64,000 nucleotides of DNA from Utricularia gibba (GCA_002189035.1 NEEC01000018.1:868001-932000), one strand, 5' to 3'; counted from the first letter of the stretch, positions 47,637 to 61,140 are shown. The notes: a model not told the origin generated them from the letters alone. A program made the numbers and translations.

Positions 47637-50600
47637 TTCATGCCTCATCCGTACGGTCTCTTTCAATTCAACTGTCAACTTATTATGTGGAGGAATAAGT
47701 TTAGTAGTGCGAAAAAAAACCCATGTTTTCAACTTAAAACAGCATAATTTGCTGCCCTTTTCAGCAGTGTGTGTTCAGCATTAGCAGCTTAACTTCTTGC
47801 ATTGTATCTTATCAACATAAGAACCCTTGCAAGGTCTTCCTTTTCTTGTGGCTCTTTGTTCGAGGGACGTCGTTGCTTGCTGCTTTTAGCATGATTGCTT
47901 CATTTTTTTCCCTAGAATCTTCAATGATGATAAAGGGGGCCTATCATTGCTGTTGTTTTTTCAGATCTTTGAGTGAAAAAGATAACATATCCTAGAAAAA
48001 GAAAAGGGCTGCGAACAATTTTGGAAAAAACGAAGAGATGTTAAGATAATTGAGCATAACCATGCTGGTTATGGCCTTCACATTGGTCCATCTGACATCG
48101 AAAATATGTCTGGGACCTCCAAGAAGAAGAAGAAAAAAGGAAAAACAGATTCAGATAGCAAAAATGCTTATACTTTCCGTTGAACCCAAATTACTGATCT
48201 GAACAAAAAGCTTTGAATGAAGCACAAGTGCAGGAGATGTACGTAGATGGGGCGTATAGGCGCAGGATTGCTGGTAGAGAAATTGGAGTGGACATGTTTG
48301 TCAGAAGGTGGAGTAGTGTGTGTCAGTGGGGTGTGTCAGATGTTAGAGTGGTGGTGGCTTGTCTGTGCGGCCTTTTTTTTGTTTGTTTAAATGTGAGGCT
48401 GGAGGCAGAGGAATGCCATGAGGTGGACCATAACTAAATCTTTTGTCCAAACCTTTACCCAAAATCTGTTGACTTCTTGTTCAAGTGCCCCCATCTCTTT
48501 CTCCGCACTAAATGCATCCCCGCCAGGCTGTGGATGTCCCCAACACACATGAGAACCTGCTTCGATTGCTTCATCTTGCTCCACATGCTAAAACTTGAAA
48601 AACACGGGATAGAGTGATATCCTTCCCTTAAATCAAGTGTATGGATGGGATGAGTGCGCAGAATACTCGAATCTAGAAAATACAACTTCAGTACCATTAA
48701 TGTCGTGATCCAACATCAGCTGATCAGCTTTTGAGAAAGCAGAAAATGCAGCTGCCCATTTCAAAAGAAACATTAGGGTGGAGGTGACATGATCTGCCTG
48801 CGGCCTCAAAGTGTGTACGAGTGAGGTTTACAATATTCAAATATTCACATCAGGGTGGAGGTGACATGATCTGGTTTGTTTCTTTTCTTCTCTATGTAAA
48901 GAGTAGGTTGATCTTTTGCTACGTAGATAGATGCATTTTATACTGATTTTCTGATCTGAACTTGTGGAGTTGATGCTGGTCTACCATCTTTAAGTCCCCA
49001 TCTGTCCAAACTAGAAACACACAGTGAAATTGGGAAAGATGCAAAGCATCACAATTCTACACCAGAGAGTGATGTAATGATCCCAAAGTCCTCATATGGA
49101 GTACTGAGCTTATTTATTTGAGGAGTGACACAACTACCAGAAAAGTACTTGTGAGTATGATATCATCAAAATATTGTCAGGACAACTACATGTGAAACCA
49201 ACTGTTAAGAGAAGTAGCTAAATCTGTCCAACCAAGCCCTAGGTGCTTCTTTGCGGCTATAAACTGCACCTTTAACTTTGCATACATGAAACTGATTTTC
49301 TTTTTTTCTGTCATACCTGATGGTTGCATCATGGAAATTTCTTCTGACATGTCATCATGCAAGAAAACATTATTTACATCAAGCTTTCGTAATTATTGTC
49401 TAGTTGCTGATGACTACAAAACACATAATTAATCGAATTGTACGTGATGGTCAACCCTAGCAACTGGCTCATAACTCTTTCCTACAAGCAGTGGCACAAC
49501 ATGAAGATATTCTGAGAAGTTCAGTCAACTGATTGCTCTTTATGTAGTATGTTTAGTTTTTCTTTTATCAACCCTTACATGCTTTGTGTAGTAATTTTAT
49601 TTACGCCTTCAAATATACATGTGTGTAAAACTACGTCTTTTTGGTAAACATATTTTTAAACATACGTAAAATTTGTAAAACAATTGTATATCTTATTCAA
49701 TCGCATCTTTCAAAATTCTTATTTCACGTAAGTTTTTCTTAATCAAGCGAGTCATATTTTTTTATTATTTATTTTAAAAGTATTTATTGAACACATAATA
49801 ATATTTTGAATATGTATTTTACAAATACGCTTTTATTTATAATCATATAAAGCATGTTTATCTAATCAAATATATTATTAATTAAAAACACATTCATAGA
49901 GTTTTCTATTTACACGGGTTATCTTTCGTCATTGCCCAATTATTTTTCTGTCCAATTCCAATGTGAAACAGATGCTTATTCTTACAATGTAGTCATGGTG
50001 GCTGTCTCATTTTCTATTTGGGAATGAAGAGAAAACTCTCTCACTTGAACCCATGACCAAATAATGACAGTAGTGTGTGTGTGTAGACCAGATATGGAGG
50101 CCCGATTCTTTTGGGCCTAATAGAAATAAAGATTCGTAACCAAGCCCATCTCAGAATAGGTGATCCATGTGGGCTACGTTGTAACGAGATGCGTGCGCAT
50201 TTTATTACATCAGTGTAATGTTCTGATCTAGGCTGCATCAAAATGGGTGCGAGGTGCGAAATTCATTAATTTTAGGAATCCGATGTTTAGAGTGCGTTAA
50301 AAAATATTTTATTTTAATATATATAATAAAATCACGAATAAAACAAAATTAATTTATTAAATACAACAACTAACTTAAAAACATTCATTAATACGTAAAA
50401 TGCAATGTTAACAAACATGAAACAATACAATAGAATTATATATATATACACACATATCTTGTATGCATCCGGTGAATCACGTACCCGGTGCGTAATTTCC
50501 CAAGAATCGCAATGAATACGTAGGTTATGATACAAACCCAAGTTGAGCATAAGAACATCTTTAGTGATTTTCGGAAATGCTGACATGGTTTTTCAGAATG

Positions 50601-52138
50601 AAAATCATTTTTAAGAAATTCCGTTTTCTCATAAAAACTCAATAAAGTAAATCACGTTATCATTTACGTAAATCAATAAAGATACTCTAATGAAACTACC
50701 GTTTCTGGTTGTACTTCACCAGAGAATCTTGAAGACCTCAAGGTTTAATCCATCAGAGTACTACGCTACATTGCAGTTGGGAGCTCTTGTCCTTTTCCAG
50801 CATAGTTCAATCATTGGTCGATTTTTTTTTTTGAATATTGTTGATGGGAATTTGGAATGAATAGAATTGACATTCATCTTACAAACCCAATCCATATGCA
50901 AAATCTCAAATTTTATGTGATATCAGAGCAAGTTTGGTCCTCGAAAAGGTTGGTCTTTAGGTTCATAAGAGTATATGTATTCTGATAACCTTGATCTGGT
51001 TGAAAGCGGTTTTGAGCATATGAGATCTGATGTGAGTATGAGCATGTGTTTTGTAGAGGCGTGAGGCTTGACTTGGAGAGAGTTGTATTGAACTGAAAAA
51101 ATCATACCTCATCATTCAGCTTACAGGACATTTATAGACTCGTTCCCAATTAGCCATTGTAGAAGTAGATGTTGTAGCCGTTACTGTCACTATGGCTACA
51201 TCAGTAGTCTTACTCTGTTTTGTAACGTCTTTCAATGAGAGCTGATACCCTTTGTTTGGGCTTGATGGTGCTGTTTCGGGTTCTGATCTGTCTGATGTTG
51301 GAGAGCCCATTTGGCTGCACATGGATCCATTATGATGAGGCCCATGTCTACACTTAGTCTTTTCTTTCTTCGCTTGACAGCAGCAGCTCTATGACTCCGA
51401 TTCTCCTCCAGATTTACGCTCCTCTTCTCTGCTTCATCTTCACCGGGTCTTACTTCAGATTCATTGTTCTCAGCCTTCACTGGTAAACTAACTTATTCAT
51501 GCAAGCCATCCACAATAATGATCTTTAGATGAATACAGGATTGAGGATATGTGAACATAGGGATCAGCTGTCATTTTACATGAGCCCCCTTAACGGACTT
51601 TTTTAGGAAGAGCAAAAAATGGAGTTATGGTTCGAGACAGACCGTGTTGCCAGAATTACTCATTATTCATATTGATGGATCCACCTCAGCTACTCAGCGA
51701 GAAAAATCTTGGCTTTTTCCCCTCTCTGTATTCCTCTCCTCCCATAATTTTTCTTCCCATTCATGACTCAAAAAAGTGGTTTTGACCCCATAAAAGGGGT
51801 TTGTTGTTGGCACTTTTCTTGTAGTATAGCAATGAGGTTGAAGAGGATTGGTTCATATGATGAACCTCTGTGTGTTTGTGTGTGTATATCTATCCCTAGT
51901 CGGTGGTCACTCACAAGCCACAAGTTGCAGACATTCATTTTGAAACGTTCACTTTCCATTCTTTATTCTTACTTTTTTTCTGTTCCCTTCTGTCTGGACA
52001 TAGCGTAGGACGGGTAAAACGAAATTCACCCCTGTAGGTGATTTCTGAAGCTCAAGCTTGACTGTTTTCTAGATAGCCTCCCCTTTTCCTCAGCCTTGCT
52101 GCTAAACCAAATCTCTGCTTCCACTTCTCAAGTTTCCC

Positions 52139-52873
52139 TCACTGCCTCTTCTTTCCCAGTGAAGTGCCTGGTAGAGAGGAAACTTAGGGTTCACATCGAA
52201 AAAATATAGACAAAAAATGCAGTTCAAGAGATTTCCGAGTAACCTGGTTTCCCTTTAAAAGACTTTAGAAAGCCAAAATGCTTCCTTGATGATGATGCTT
52301 CAGCCTAAGAAATAAACAAGACGATGTTACGTGTATTTGGAGGTTTGAAGGACCTCTGCAAGAATGCATACCTTGAAATGAGGTGTTACGAAGACGCTTT
52401 CATGGACATGATATGGAATTGATTCAGTCTCAAACTGCAGTTGAGAGTTAAAGAAGCATTCAGTTTGAAAAACAAGAAAAAGAAATGTCTTTTTTATTTC
52501 AACGAACCTGATGGGATACAGGGGAGCTAGCAGTGTCATCCAGGCACAGTTTCTCTTGTTTCTTGGAAAAGTGCTCCTTGGCATTATTACTCTTCTTCTT
52601 GCTTCTGTTCCCTTCTTCTGAAACTGCAGATAAGTAACCACATCCATGAACTCTTCCTTGATTCTCCTGCAAATTTGGTGGCCCTGAGGATGCATCAGAG
52701 ACCATGGATAAATCTTCTGCTTCTTCATCTCCATGATCTTCATCCTTATACACACCTTTTCCTCCACAGATGGTAACACAGGCCTTGCTGCAAGCAGTAC
52801 ACGAGAGCTGATCAAAATACGTAGTCCAACCGGATTCACATCCACTGCTACTTCCAGAAGAAGCATCATCCAT
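52139..52873 (-). CDS. SOFL: SOB FIVE-LIKE (SOFL) family protein
   Basis: Exons 52873-52508, 52434-52372, 52304-52244, 52167-52139. Family motifs SSGCESGWTTY, LSMVSDASSGP, LDDTASSP, PHFK and KHFGFL. Confidence 0.85.
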
Positions 52874-55844
52874 GCTCCCAAGAGAGGTGATGAATTCTTA
52901 TGAAAAAGAAGTGTTTTTGTAAAGAATGGAAGGACTAGCTAGTCGTCATATGGGAAGTTTGGTTTGCCTCTGAATGTGCCTATTTGTAGGAGTTGAAATG
53001 AGAAGGGGAGACGGGGGCATAACAACCAACGAAATCACAATCACTATCATCTTCTTATAATCTGATTCCAAGCAATAATCAATTGAAACCTTCCAGTCAA
53101 TGTGGGAGGGGCAGGTGGAAGAAGATTAGATAGTGGTAACTACGAAGATTAACTTTTCACAGATAAGCCATGCCGTCCTTGTGCTCCAGAGGATATGTGC
53201 TTGAGGATCAAAGAATCTTTATAAACCTGTTAACTTTGTCAGTTTATGAGGGTTTTCTGGAAGTGAATGTTACCTACTTGTCTTCTCAAATAGAAGTGTG
53301 ATTCATTACTGTTGAAATTCAAGATTCGTTCACTGCATGGGAAGTTGAGGTAACTCGCATTCTGTAAACAGAGATATTCACATAGGTATCACAAGGCTCC
53401 TAAAGGAAAGAAGTGACAGCCCCTGTGGCCCCCATCCCGGGCAAGATGTGCAGAAGCCAGCCAGCTGAGCGTAAGTGGTGGTACATGTTGGAATAGGCCC
53501 ATCATGTGCTTCTCACAGACAGATTACAATGCATCAAGATGATCCATCCCATTGCAAACACAGCAGCAGCAGCATCAAATCATTCATTTCATCTTCGAAC
53601 AGTTCATTAAAAAAGCCATGAAATTGTTTCCTAAATCCCACTTTAAGTTAGCTCCTTATCGAATCAGCACCTCGGCTCTGTTTTCTGGCTATCCAGCGGA
53701 AGAGCAATGCCTGCCACACGCATTAATTCTTGACAGCTGTGGCCCAATACTGTACTTTTTTTCATATGCACGTGCTGCTTCCTATCTATCTCCATCTCTC
53801 CCTTTCCTTGGTGCATGGCTCATGCCCTTTTGCAGACCCAAGAGCACGGGCTTTGCAGAAGTGTTTATCATTATTGTAGTGATTGAAAAACTTTACCAGT
53901 TACCAGATGTAATGTAGTAGTATGGAAAGTAAAGAAAATATTTGGTGATTCATGGACATGCATCCGATTATTTGGGTGTTTCTTCTTTTGCTATGTGGGG
54001 GGAAGAAGTTGTGAGGCTTTTGCCTCTGCTGCTCTTGGCAGGCTATTCCTCTTCCAAGCGATTGCTCATGGTGCCATGGTGCTGTCCAAGCGCTTCTCTT
54101 CCTAGATGAACACTTTGTTGCTCACGTGGGTACTGGCACATGCCTTTTTCTTGGACAAAACTTTGGTTTCTTGGGGACACAAGCTTGGTATCTTGGACAT
54201 CCGTAACGGCTATAATCCTCAAAACTTCATTCGGAAATTTTACCCACAAACTAGAGTGATAAAAATGATGTATATTTCAGCGCAGAGGCACTGATTGAAA
54301 GCTGAATGAATGAATCAGTACAGTGCGCAGATGAATAAAAATGCAGACCACTGAAAACAGAGTGAAACTTTAGGACTCCAGAACAATGCCATCATACGAC
54401 ACACAACAAACCATATTACAGCAGCAATCTAATAATACTGAGACTCCAACCGAAGGAAGGGAGAAATCAGGAAGACTAGAAGTGAATCCAGCTAGAGCTT
54501 GGTCATGCGTTCGTGCTAAATCATGCTCCGTGTGTTCTACCAGTCATGCTTCAGGCACTACTGGTGCTGATGCTGATACGTGATGGCTAGCTTCAACTGT
54601 TTCGTTCAAAAAAAAACCATTCTTTACACATCAAGCCAACTCATTACGCACATAATTCTTATTAGAATAATCACATATCTCATGTTGGATTCTTAAAGAC
54701 AAATGATCGAGTTTATATTAAACAAAAGGTGGTATTAACAATGAATCTATGCAAACTCTTTAGTAAGCATATTCAAACCTGTTTGGATCTTTGCACCTTG
54801 AGGTTGAGCTTGGACATTGGCTTATAAAGAAACCGACCTGGTCAATAAAAGATCCGAGTTCGTTGCCCCAAACTATGCTCTCTTCATGATGCATAGCAAC
54901 GTGTTTTGAATAATTTAAGAACAGACTTTTGGGAGTTTGATGCCCATTTGGGGTCCCTACTTTCCATGAGAGAATCAGTTGTGTATGAGGCGCTTGCTCA
55001 CTCAGATCGACACAAGGAAACAAGCAAACAAAAAACATTCGATTCCGATGTGTCTCCAAGCCCCATGATCACATCACCGACACCCAGACCCAACTAATTT
55101 ACAGGTATATGAAGCGAAGTGCGATTAAGTTTTCGTGATCGTCATCGCACTCTTAACTGTAAAAACTATCGGAGAAACAGCTCGTGGTTGTGTTGGTTTC
55201 AATTCCGAGCGGTCGGCGCCGGTGGTGTGCAGACCAACGGAATGAATCATCATTACACGAAAGGTCATTTTCCGGAAAATTTGATGAATTAGAGGGGAGA
55301 GAATAAATTTATTTGCAAAATACATACAACAATTTTTTGTGGGTTCCCTTTTGGACTAATACACAAAATTTTAAAAAGAGAATAATTTAAATTATTATTC
55401 TGTGGGTTCCATTTTAGACTAATTTCATTTTTGTACCACAAATGATCTGGAATTGTACACTCGGGATCAATTCTTGATGATTAATTACTTATTTGTACAC
55501 ATCCAATGTTGAAGATTACGTTGTGGAGAAACCATTTCCCTCTTACTTTACTTAGGCTGTATTTTTCAAAATCATTCTAGAATTGATTTTATTAGAATTG
55601 AAAATTCTAAGAAAATGATAATTAATGTGTTCAAACATATTTTTTGAAAAAAATTATTATACAATTAAATAAAAAATAAAAATGATATATTTATTCATGA
55701 AAATTTATAAATTAAAAAATTATATTTTATAATTCATTCAAATCAAAAAAAATAATTTATAAATTTATAAACTATATTTTATATTATTAATATAGTTTAA
55801 ATATACTTGTATTAAAAATTATTATACAAGAATTAAAATACTAA

Positions 55845-56566
55845 GGGGCCGTTTGGTGGGAGTTGTAATATGGTGTTGTGTTAAATAACACATCTTTATC
55901 AACCGTTTGGTATGTAGTGTTATATAACACCACGGATTGTATATCCTATCAAATTTCTTATTTAACACATTATATATAGTAAAACACAAACTCATGTAGT
56001 AGATGGGTTTGTTAATCCCATGATAATAAAATACAATATTACCCTTTTGTTTTACAAAAATATTTTCACCTCCAATAATAATCTTAATTCCCTCTTGGCA
56101 ATAAATTAGTTTTACATATTTTGTTGATTTCACAATTTTTTGTATGTATCTAAGAAATTAGTAATCTAATGGAGGGAGCCAAAAAAAAGATTGTTATTAC
56201 CGGACATTATTAGTTCAAACCATGAAATTATTAGAAATATTGTCATTCTATAAAAAGAAATCATTAGTTAAAACTATGAAGAAGATTATTGCTGTCGGAT
56301 ATAAATCTGAAAATTGGTTCAAATCAGGTTATTTGTAAGCATATATATTACAGTAAAATTATACATAAATCAAACATAGGCATTTTAGTAAAATTGTATA
56401 TACAATAAATCATAAGACTTACTACCAAACACATGATAATTAATACCATGTTAAATAAAACTTTCTACAAAACACACTCATGTTTTTTAAATCCCTCATT
56501 TTGGTATAAAATAATCCCATTTATATGTAACAATGTGTAAGTTAAAACATGGTACCAAACGAGGCC
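55845..56566. mobile_element. PIF/Harbinger-derived non-autonomous element (Tourist-like), 722 bp
   Basis: GGGGCCGTTTGGTG ... TACCAAACGAGGCC (10/14 inverted match) with TAA on both sides (55842-55844, 56567-56569). Confidence 0.7.
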
Positions 56567-57129
56567 TAACTATTATAAAGTGAGGTGAATTTATTATACA
56601 CTGAAAAATGCATTAAATAATTTATTAATCTTTTCATGTTTTACGCGAGAAGTGAAAGGGTTAGTAAAAATCAATTATCATAGAATAAAATTTAATGTAA
56701 ATTTGAAATATAAGATATATTCTATCAGAATATAATTGATTTTATGAAAATAGAATTAGTTTCTAGACATATATTACATCCATTTGATCTCCAAATTTTT
56801 ACCTATTAATTAAATATTATATAAAAATTTAATACATTTACGTCATATCTATCTAAAATTCAAATAAAAAACCCTTTGTATCGTAGTCCCAAAAGTCAAA
56901 CATTATCTTAGTTGGATATTGTACAGGTTCAGATTATTGAAATTAAATTAATTTTTGGATTTTAATTAGGATTGGGAAAAGAGGTAGGTGAAGGGTGATG
57001 CATTGCATTTCTCTTTTCAAAAAATAATTGGAAATTAAGGCATAAAATCCGGATGGTCAAAAGACCACACACCTCGGAATTTGTGAAGGCCGTCTTCCTT
57101 TTTCCCTCACCTCACCTCATAGGTGTAGC

Positions 57130-57164
57130 CATGCATGCACCCACACGCGACACGCGTCCACGTC
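57130..57164. promoter_or_regulatory. ABA/seed-type cis-element cluster upstream of the AITR/DIG-like gene
   Basis: RY element CATGCATG (57130), CE3 core ACGCGTGTC on the minus strand (57149-57157), and an ACGT box (57158-57164). Confidence 0.4.
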
Positions 57165-57741
57165 CTCTGGCTGCTCTCATCGGATTGGCTCGCCTCTGCT
57201 GCACGGACCACCCCCACCCCCGGGGCGGACCTCCCTCGCGCCCATCGAGTGCCCCCCCTACTCCATTCCGCCCCCTTTGGCCTCAATATGTTCTCTTCCT
57301 CTGGTTATTGATTTGGATGTTATACTTAGTTTTTCAACATATGAATAGTATACATAAATCAAATAGAAAGTTAATTATATTCATACTGATCATATACTTA
57401 AACTTCTATTTTTGGATATAAAACGTTATATATAATTGAATATAGGGATACTTAATGATACTATACTTAAACATATTAATATATTATCATCAAATAACAT
57501 GTTTGTTATTTGTTGATGTGGGGGGAGTGAGGTGTGTAGTTGGGGGTAAAGGAGAGGCAATAAGTGTAAGGATGCATGTAGAGGGGGAGGGATTGAAGAA
57601 GCAACCACATGTCCCCAACCTCAAACACGTACCCACCAAGTGTCGGACCATTCTGCTCGTCCTGCCGCCGTCCCATTGGCTCCTTTCCTTCTCTTATAAC
57701 ACCCACTGCGTTGCGCTTGTTCATCTGTTCGGTGATAGGGG

Positions 57742-58628
57742 ATGATGATTCAGACGGTTAACCCGAGAAGGACGGCCGAGATCATGGCTCGGTACCGCCC
57801 GATTGCGCCTAAGCCGGAGGTCCCGCCGCCGGCTGGGGGGACGCGGATGGCGGCGGGATCACTTGCAAGTCTCCGTATTTGCGGAACGTGTGGCCGCATC
57901 TTCAGGCGCGACCCACCAGGACACGGAAGAGGACACGCGCTGCCTCCTTCTCCTCCGCCAAGAGACAGCAGCATCACCGGGCGGCGCGGGATGAGAATGG
58001 GATTGCTGTTCTTCCTCTTTTAGGGGACGACGCCAGGATTGATTTGAACGCTGCTGCTGCTGCGCCTGCCCCTGAAGAATTGGATTTCCTGCAGCAGCTG
58101 CAGCAGCCCCTGAAGCAGCCGGTCATAATCTCGCCGCGCCCGGTCCGGCCGGTCGGCTCAACCATCATCGTCAGCAAGATAGTTTCCGAGGGGCAACCCG
58201 GCGGCGTGACGCTAGGAAATGAAGCAGCTGATGAGGTGGAGGCGATGGTTGAGGGGGAGCACGTACCTGCCTTCATATCCGATGCAAGCAACAAGGTCAG
58301 GATGGTGAATTCGGCTTACAAGGAGATGATTGGGCAGCCGGAATGCGGCTGGCTGGACTGCGCCTCCCTAACCCCCGGCGGCACATGCAGCAATACCAGG
58401 AGAAGAATCGGCGGTGGGGTTTCTCTTCATTTTCCGGATTCCCAACTCATGGACATAGCAGGGATGCATGGATTTCATTCTCAGGTGAGGATCGAGTGGG
58501 AGGAGACTCATGGCAAAAAGAAGAGCGTCGCAGCTTCTTGCACGGTGGATAGAATACACTGTCCGGCAAAGAATTACCACTTCTTGTGGAGGTTTCAGAC
58601 AATCGAGTCGCCGGTTTCCGACAACTAA
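57742..58628 (+). CDS. AITR/DIG-like (ABA-induced transcription repressor family) protein with a one-base frameshift
   Basis: TAEIMARYRPIAPKP in one frame; KSPYLRNVWPHLQARPTRTRKR, PVRPVGSTI, PAFISDASNKVRMVNSAYKEMIGQPEC and YHFLWRF in the adjacent frame. The span is 887 nt; one extra G in the run at 57835-57840 gives 295 aa. Confidence 0.85.
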
Positions 58629-59400
58629 TACCACCTGTCCTGTAGAATCATATCTAGCCAAAGTAGATGGTACAATCAAGATTACAGAATACAGTATGCA
58701 ATGCTTACTCAAAATTCAACAGACAAAATGTGTGTTAGCCGCGTCTATTCCCAGCTAAACTTAAACCATACATGTTGAACCTGCGTGGAGCTGATATCGA
58801 GTAAACATTTTGCAATTCTGTGCACATCAAGATAATGTACAGCTCCCTAGTCTCTTGGATTGGCAGGAGAGCACATCAAGTGGGGGGGATTACTGGCAAC
58901 GAGCACCATAAAAAGCACACTGTTTTAGATGAGCCACAAATCTGGCATCCACCATCTGCAAGATTTTCATATCGAGTGATAGGGGTGACAATATACACAC
59001 TTCGGATTTACTAATTTGCTTTGAACACTTAATCCAACTGTGAGCACAGCAATTCACCATAATATTTACAGCAGCAGTTCCCATAATATCGATGAATGAT
59101 GCACGTTCGTTGTAGTTCTAAAAGTATGAGTTAAATGTGGTTAGTGTCTACCGCAATCATCCTGTGGCATCAAACGAGTTTTCTCTAAAGACACATACTG
59201 TCCATGAAAATTCTTAATCCTCAGGATTACATGACAGCAGTTCCCACTGAACAAACATTACATCAATTCTAGAGAATTCAAGTAAGGGAAATAACCTTCT
59301 GTCGCAGATCTTCAATGCCAACGTCAGGAAAAGGGATATTTGCTGCAAGGAAACGACCGAAACATGTCCCTCAAACCCCCGGAATCCTCTTTAAGGTTTC

Positions 59401-61140
59401 TCAGTCCTGAGATTTAAAGAAAATATCCAATGAAGTTACTTTCACTTTGCCGCTCCGTGAGACGAATGAAACACAAGACACCGTTGAATCTTGCAAGGAT
59501 AGCATTAGCATGATACCTTGAAGCGTTTTCTCCGTGCTTCACTTCTAATATCTCCCCCGGTAGGCGCTGGTATCCATCTTTTAATATCTTGCTCTCGGCC
59601 TCTACCACTTCTAAAGAATCCATCTTTGTCCCAGGATAATACATAATCAGACCTCATGCGAGACCCTTGCTGCATTAGTTGCAATTTTGTTAGAAAAAAA
59701 CTTTCATGGTAAGAGCCATGAGATTACTACCTCTTAGTAAAGCAATAGTTGAGACTGAATCTGGAGAAAGAAAGCTAATATTCATAGCTGTAAATATTTA
59801 TGAAAGACCCAAAAAACTGAATAAATATACCTTTATTAATGAGCGACCACATAAAACCTTCATGGCATCACAAAAATCCCGGTGACTTTCAAACTGAACC
59901 ACTATTTTGCATTGGAGACCAGAAACTATGTCCCCAGGCTCTTCATACTCATTGATACCTACACCGTCGTCTTCACCAACATCTAGATTCCTACAAAGTT
60001 TCTTCACCGTCAACCGAAATTACCTCTAAAATTCCCCAAGCATTTTAAAGGAACAAAAAAAAAAAAAAATTATGGCACAATGACAAAGAGTTACTGTGCT
60101 CTCTCTCCCTACTAAAATGTAACAAACCTCCCAAGCATAATGATATCATCATAAGCTGTTTTAATATGACTTTCTTTAGATAGAAGCTCAAAGTATCATC
60201 TTTCCAAAATAATTAGTTCATTTCAGGTGCAAAGTCCTCAATGAAAACAGCAAGAAAAGCATGGTGATACTTAAGGTCTCACCTTATCTTTCCAAATGTT
60301 GAAAAAATCGTATGCGTCACTAGCATAGAAGGCTTTGAAGAAACTCGAGGTTCAGCAAACCACCTTGACGGAGCACCTCTTAATATAATTGTATCTGGTC
60401 GCGCATTCTCATTTCTTCTATACCCTATAATGTTGAAACATCGTCAGTGCATTAAGCATAAGCCAAGGAATGAAAGAAGCTTTTCCCAGAATTGGGCACA
60501 AAAAGATGCTTGGCTAAAGCTTCAACCTAAAATGTGAAGATTATAAATCGTTAAATTGAAGCAGAAACTATTAGATGGCTCAATTCATTATTGATCAAGT
60601 ACGCTGAAAACTTGTCAGAAATTAAAAGAAAGAACGACCTCTGGATCCCGAGAGCACAGTTTCCTCCCATTCTTCCCGTAATCCATCAAGGTCATCGCCT
60701 TTGGGCAACTCAGCTCTCAACTTAAACTTCACGCCTTCCAAATTCAACTCCATACCATCCAATTCCGCAACAAGTTCCATCCTCAATTTCGAAAAATCTT
60801 TTTCAATTTCACCCTCCTCGCTCAATGCCAATTTCTTCGATAGAAACCCCAAATCCAGTAATGACAAGCACCCAATCGCCACAGGATCCTCACGCTTTCG
60901 CTTGTTCAGGTCCTTGTACTTTAATATCTTGATATCTTCATCAGGAATAGATACCGAATGCTTCGTTTGAAAATAGTCGACCAAAGAGCGCTTCAGCTTC
61001 CACTCATCCACGGAGGACACCGTCTTGTCCCCACGAAAAATGGTTAACTTTACATTGACACGTGGAACAAGAGAGAGACCAGATTCCAGGTCGAACTTTT
61101 CGGTCGGACGGAGACTTTTGACAGCTTCACGGTGACTCAT
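59401..61140 (-). CDS. ZCW7: ZCW7 / AKAP17A-like protein (At1g59600-like)
   Basis: Exons 61140-60639, 60424-60283, 59990-59831, 59669-59517, 59406-59401, phases consistent. Motifs GLSLVPRV, VDEWKLKRSL, PDTIILRGAPSRWFAEPRVSSKPSMLVTHTIFSTFGKIRNL, CKIVVQFE. Confidence 0.85.

Noticed and set aside
52131-52160. miR408-like complementarity at the SOFL stop codon (CACTGCCTCTTC)
   Set aside because: Only miRNA positions 4-15 pair; mismatches at 1, 3, 16, 17, 19 and 20 exceed normal plant target criteria.
53400-54600. miRNA precursor or small gene upstream of SOFL
   Set aside because: No conserved mature miRNA sequence or long hairpin recognised; the ORFs are short, low-complexity and lack family motifs.
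34785-57840. Programmed ribosomal frameshifting or recoding in PSRP6 and the AITR-like gene
   Set aside because: No canonical slippery heptamer with a downstream structure was recognised; the homologs I recall are uninterrupted; homopolymer consensus error is more parsimonious.
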